The position numbers were made by a program, and so were the translations under genes. A model generated the notes under the pieces. The model was not told the DNA's origin and did not search any database. It saw only the letters and a list, made by a program, of their open reading frames with translations. Source: Mobula hypostoma (taxonomy: Eukaryota). From it: a stretch of 64,000 nt of DNA. The stretch spans positions 121,646,001 through 121,710,000 of the forward strand of contig NC_086097.1 in NCBI RefSeq assembly GCF_963921235.1, given 5' to 3'. Positions within the stretch are counted from its first letter, which is position 1; each line of letters opens with the position of its first letter. Positions 61,860 through 64,000 of the stretch are shown here, piece by piece.

Positions 61860-62490
61860 GGACACGCAGTCCTCTTTTATTGTCATTTAGTAATGCATGC
61901 ATGAAGAAATGATAAAATATTTCTCCAGAATGATATCATAGAAATACATGACAAACCGGCTGAAAAACTAACAAAAACCACATAATTATAACATATAGTT
62001 ACAACAGTGCAAAGCAATACCGTAATTTGATAAAGAACAGATCATGGGCACGGTAAAAAGTCTCAGAGTCTCTCGAAAGTCCCATCATCTCACGCAGACA
62101 GTGAACCTCCAGCACCACAAACTTGCTGATGCAGCATCCTGGAAGCATCCGACCACAGTCCGACTCCAAGTCCGTCCGAAAACTCTGAGCCTCCGACCAG
62201 CTCTCCGACACCAAGCACCGAGCATCATCTCTGCCGAGCGCTTCGACCCCGACCCCAGCCCCGGCAATAGGCAAAGCCGAGGATTTGGGGCCTTCCCCTC
62301 TGGAGATTCTCGATCGCACAGTAGCAGCTGCAGCGAAACGGCATTTCAGAAGTTTCTCCAGGTGTTCCTCCATGCTTCTCATGGCTGTCTCCATCAAATC
62401 AGGATTGTGCACGGCACCCTAGTTAACACATATGATATCATTCGGAACAGCCGCACACACTGCGTCATGCCACCATCTTCTCCTCCCTCC
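61860..62490 (-). mobile_element. Second copy of the 40110-40743 element
   Basis: Reverse complement aligns end to end with 40110-40743. Confidence 0.8.
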
Positions 62491-62519
62491 CTTGTAAATG
62501 TCTATAGCAAATACAGCTG

Positions 62520-64000
62520 ATCCTTGACCCTTGAAGGTGGAAGTGATAGGTGGATCCAGGTGAAGAGGGATGATGCGCTAATAGAGGAGGCAACAGGGTC
62601 TGGGAGGTCATAGGTGGAGGCTACAAAGTTCTCCAGAGAATGGATTCAAGTAAGGGAGGTGGAGAAGGCAGACAGGAACAGTGCGCAAAGGAGACCTCGT
62701 GGGAGGATTTGATGGGCAGATGGAGTGGATGGAGGAGGGGAGAGAAACAAAGTGATGAGGCACTGGCTGCAGGTGTGGGGTGAACTTGGTGGGTCAACAG
62801 GTGAGGAATAAAAGAGGCGGGGTAAGCATTTTACTTGAAATTTCAGAATTCAATATTCTTAGAATTAAGTTGAAGACTTACCAGGTGGAATACGACAGGC
62901 ATTTCCTCTAGTTTGCTTTTAGCCTCATCCTGGCAGTGGAGGAGGCAGAGGACAGGCGGGTCAGAGTGGAAGTGGGAGAGGGGAGTAGATTTAAGATGGT
63001 TAGCTACTGGGAGATCCAGGACTCTATAGGAGGTGAAGCTCAATACTTGGCAAAGTGGTCACCTAGTCTGTGCTTGGTCAAACCAATATAGATGAAGCCA
63101 CATGGAGAGCACTGAATGCAATACACAAGTGTGTGGAGGAGGTGCACATGGAAGGGTTGTTTCGGCCCTGAATGGTGGTGAGGGAGGAGGTGTAGGGACA
63201 GGCGCTGCGTCTCTTACAGTTACGAAGAAAAGTGCCTGGGGAAGGGGAGGGGCAAGCAAGCCAGGGAGTCTCGGGGAGAATGATCCCTGTGGGAAGCAAA
63301 GCGGGGAGAGCAAGGGAAGGTGTGAACGGATGCAGGGCCATGTTGTAGTTCATGAAAATGGCAAAGAATGGGGTGGTACAGTAGTGTAGTAGTTAGCACT
63401 AGGTTTTGCAGTACCAGTGGCCTGTGTTCAGTTCCTGCCCGATGCCTGTAAGGAGCCTCCCCCCACACGTGACCACACGGATTTCCTCCCACAGTCCAAA
63501 AGCATACCAGTTGGAAGGGTAATTGGCCATTGTAAATTGTCCCATGATTAGGCTAGGATTAATTCAGGGGTTGCTGGGTGGTGTAGCTCAGAGGGCCAGA
63601 AAGGACTACTCCATACTGCATCACAATAATAAAATTAAATTAAAATTAAAAACAGTGTGCTGGGTCTGTTGGCTGGTGGGTGAAAGGTAAGAATCAAGGG
63701 GACTCTATCCGTGCTCTGGCCTGGAGGAGGTGGACTAAGATCAGTTGAGAAGAGAGTGTCAGCCAGAGTCAGGGAAAAGTCCTGTTTTTAAAAGAAGAGG
63801 GACCTCTTGGATATCACAGAGTGGAAGGCCTCATCTTGAAAATAGATGCAGTGGAGACAGAAGCCGAGAGAAAGAAACGGCATCCTTGCAAGTGGCTGGT
63901 CGGGATGCGGTGCAGTATGGCTGACTGTGGGAGTGGGGGGGGGAGTAGATAATGCCTGTAGATTACTGCTATCCCAAGATGGAGACAGCAAAATTAAGAA
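62520..64000 (-). mobile_element. Old PLE fragment (RT thumb, GIY-YIG, pLTR) interrupted by a SINE
   Basis: QDEAFHS; PGTF...CPYTSSLTTIQG; HCQDEAKSKLEE...LQLNSKNIEF. Confidence 0.8.
63375..63645 (+). mobile_element. tRNA-derived SINE
   Basis: gtagtgtagtagttagc A-box-like, gttcagttcc B-box-like, ctgtaaggag core, AT-rich tail. Confidence 0.75.

Noticed and set aside
44200..64000. CD226 or another downstream host gene
   Set aside because: No signal-peptide or Ig-domain exon recognised; nearly all ORFs here derive from LINE, PLE or SINE remnants.

Overview
This is vertebrate genomic DNA, most likely from a cartilaginous fish (inferred from the repeat families). The first 44 kb hold the last 10 coding exons of rotatin (RTTN) on the + strand. 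All introns are GT-AG and phase-consistent, the stop is at 44067-44069 and AATAAA follows at 44167. The rest is mostly transposon-derived. It includes a truncated Gypsy LTR element with a PNMA-like gag, and a young, near-complete Neptune-type Penelope-like element (PLE) with RT, GIY-YIG, three minimal hammerhead ribozymes and a 14-bp TSD. There are also many short PLE-derived pieces (several are head-to-head palindromic mini-elements with their own TSDs), CR1, Rex1/Babar and RTE LINE fragments, tRNA-derived SINEs and internally deleted Tc1 copies. Three things stand out. (1) A 178-bp CpG-rich piece of CYHR1/ZFTRAF1-like coding sequence at 48808-48985 is circularly permuted with base precision, as expected for a re-integrated small DNA circle. 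(2) The PLE/hammerhead system has a complex 5' junction with reiterated TTTTAA hexamers and palindromic non-autonomous derivatives. (3) A bipartite RTE-derived element carries a pseudoknotted 5' RNA motif. Repeat boundaries are approximate unless a TSD or TIR is quoted. No database search was run; protein identities are recognised from remembered sequence.
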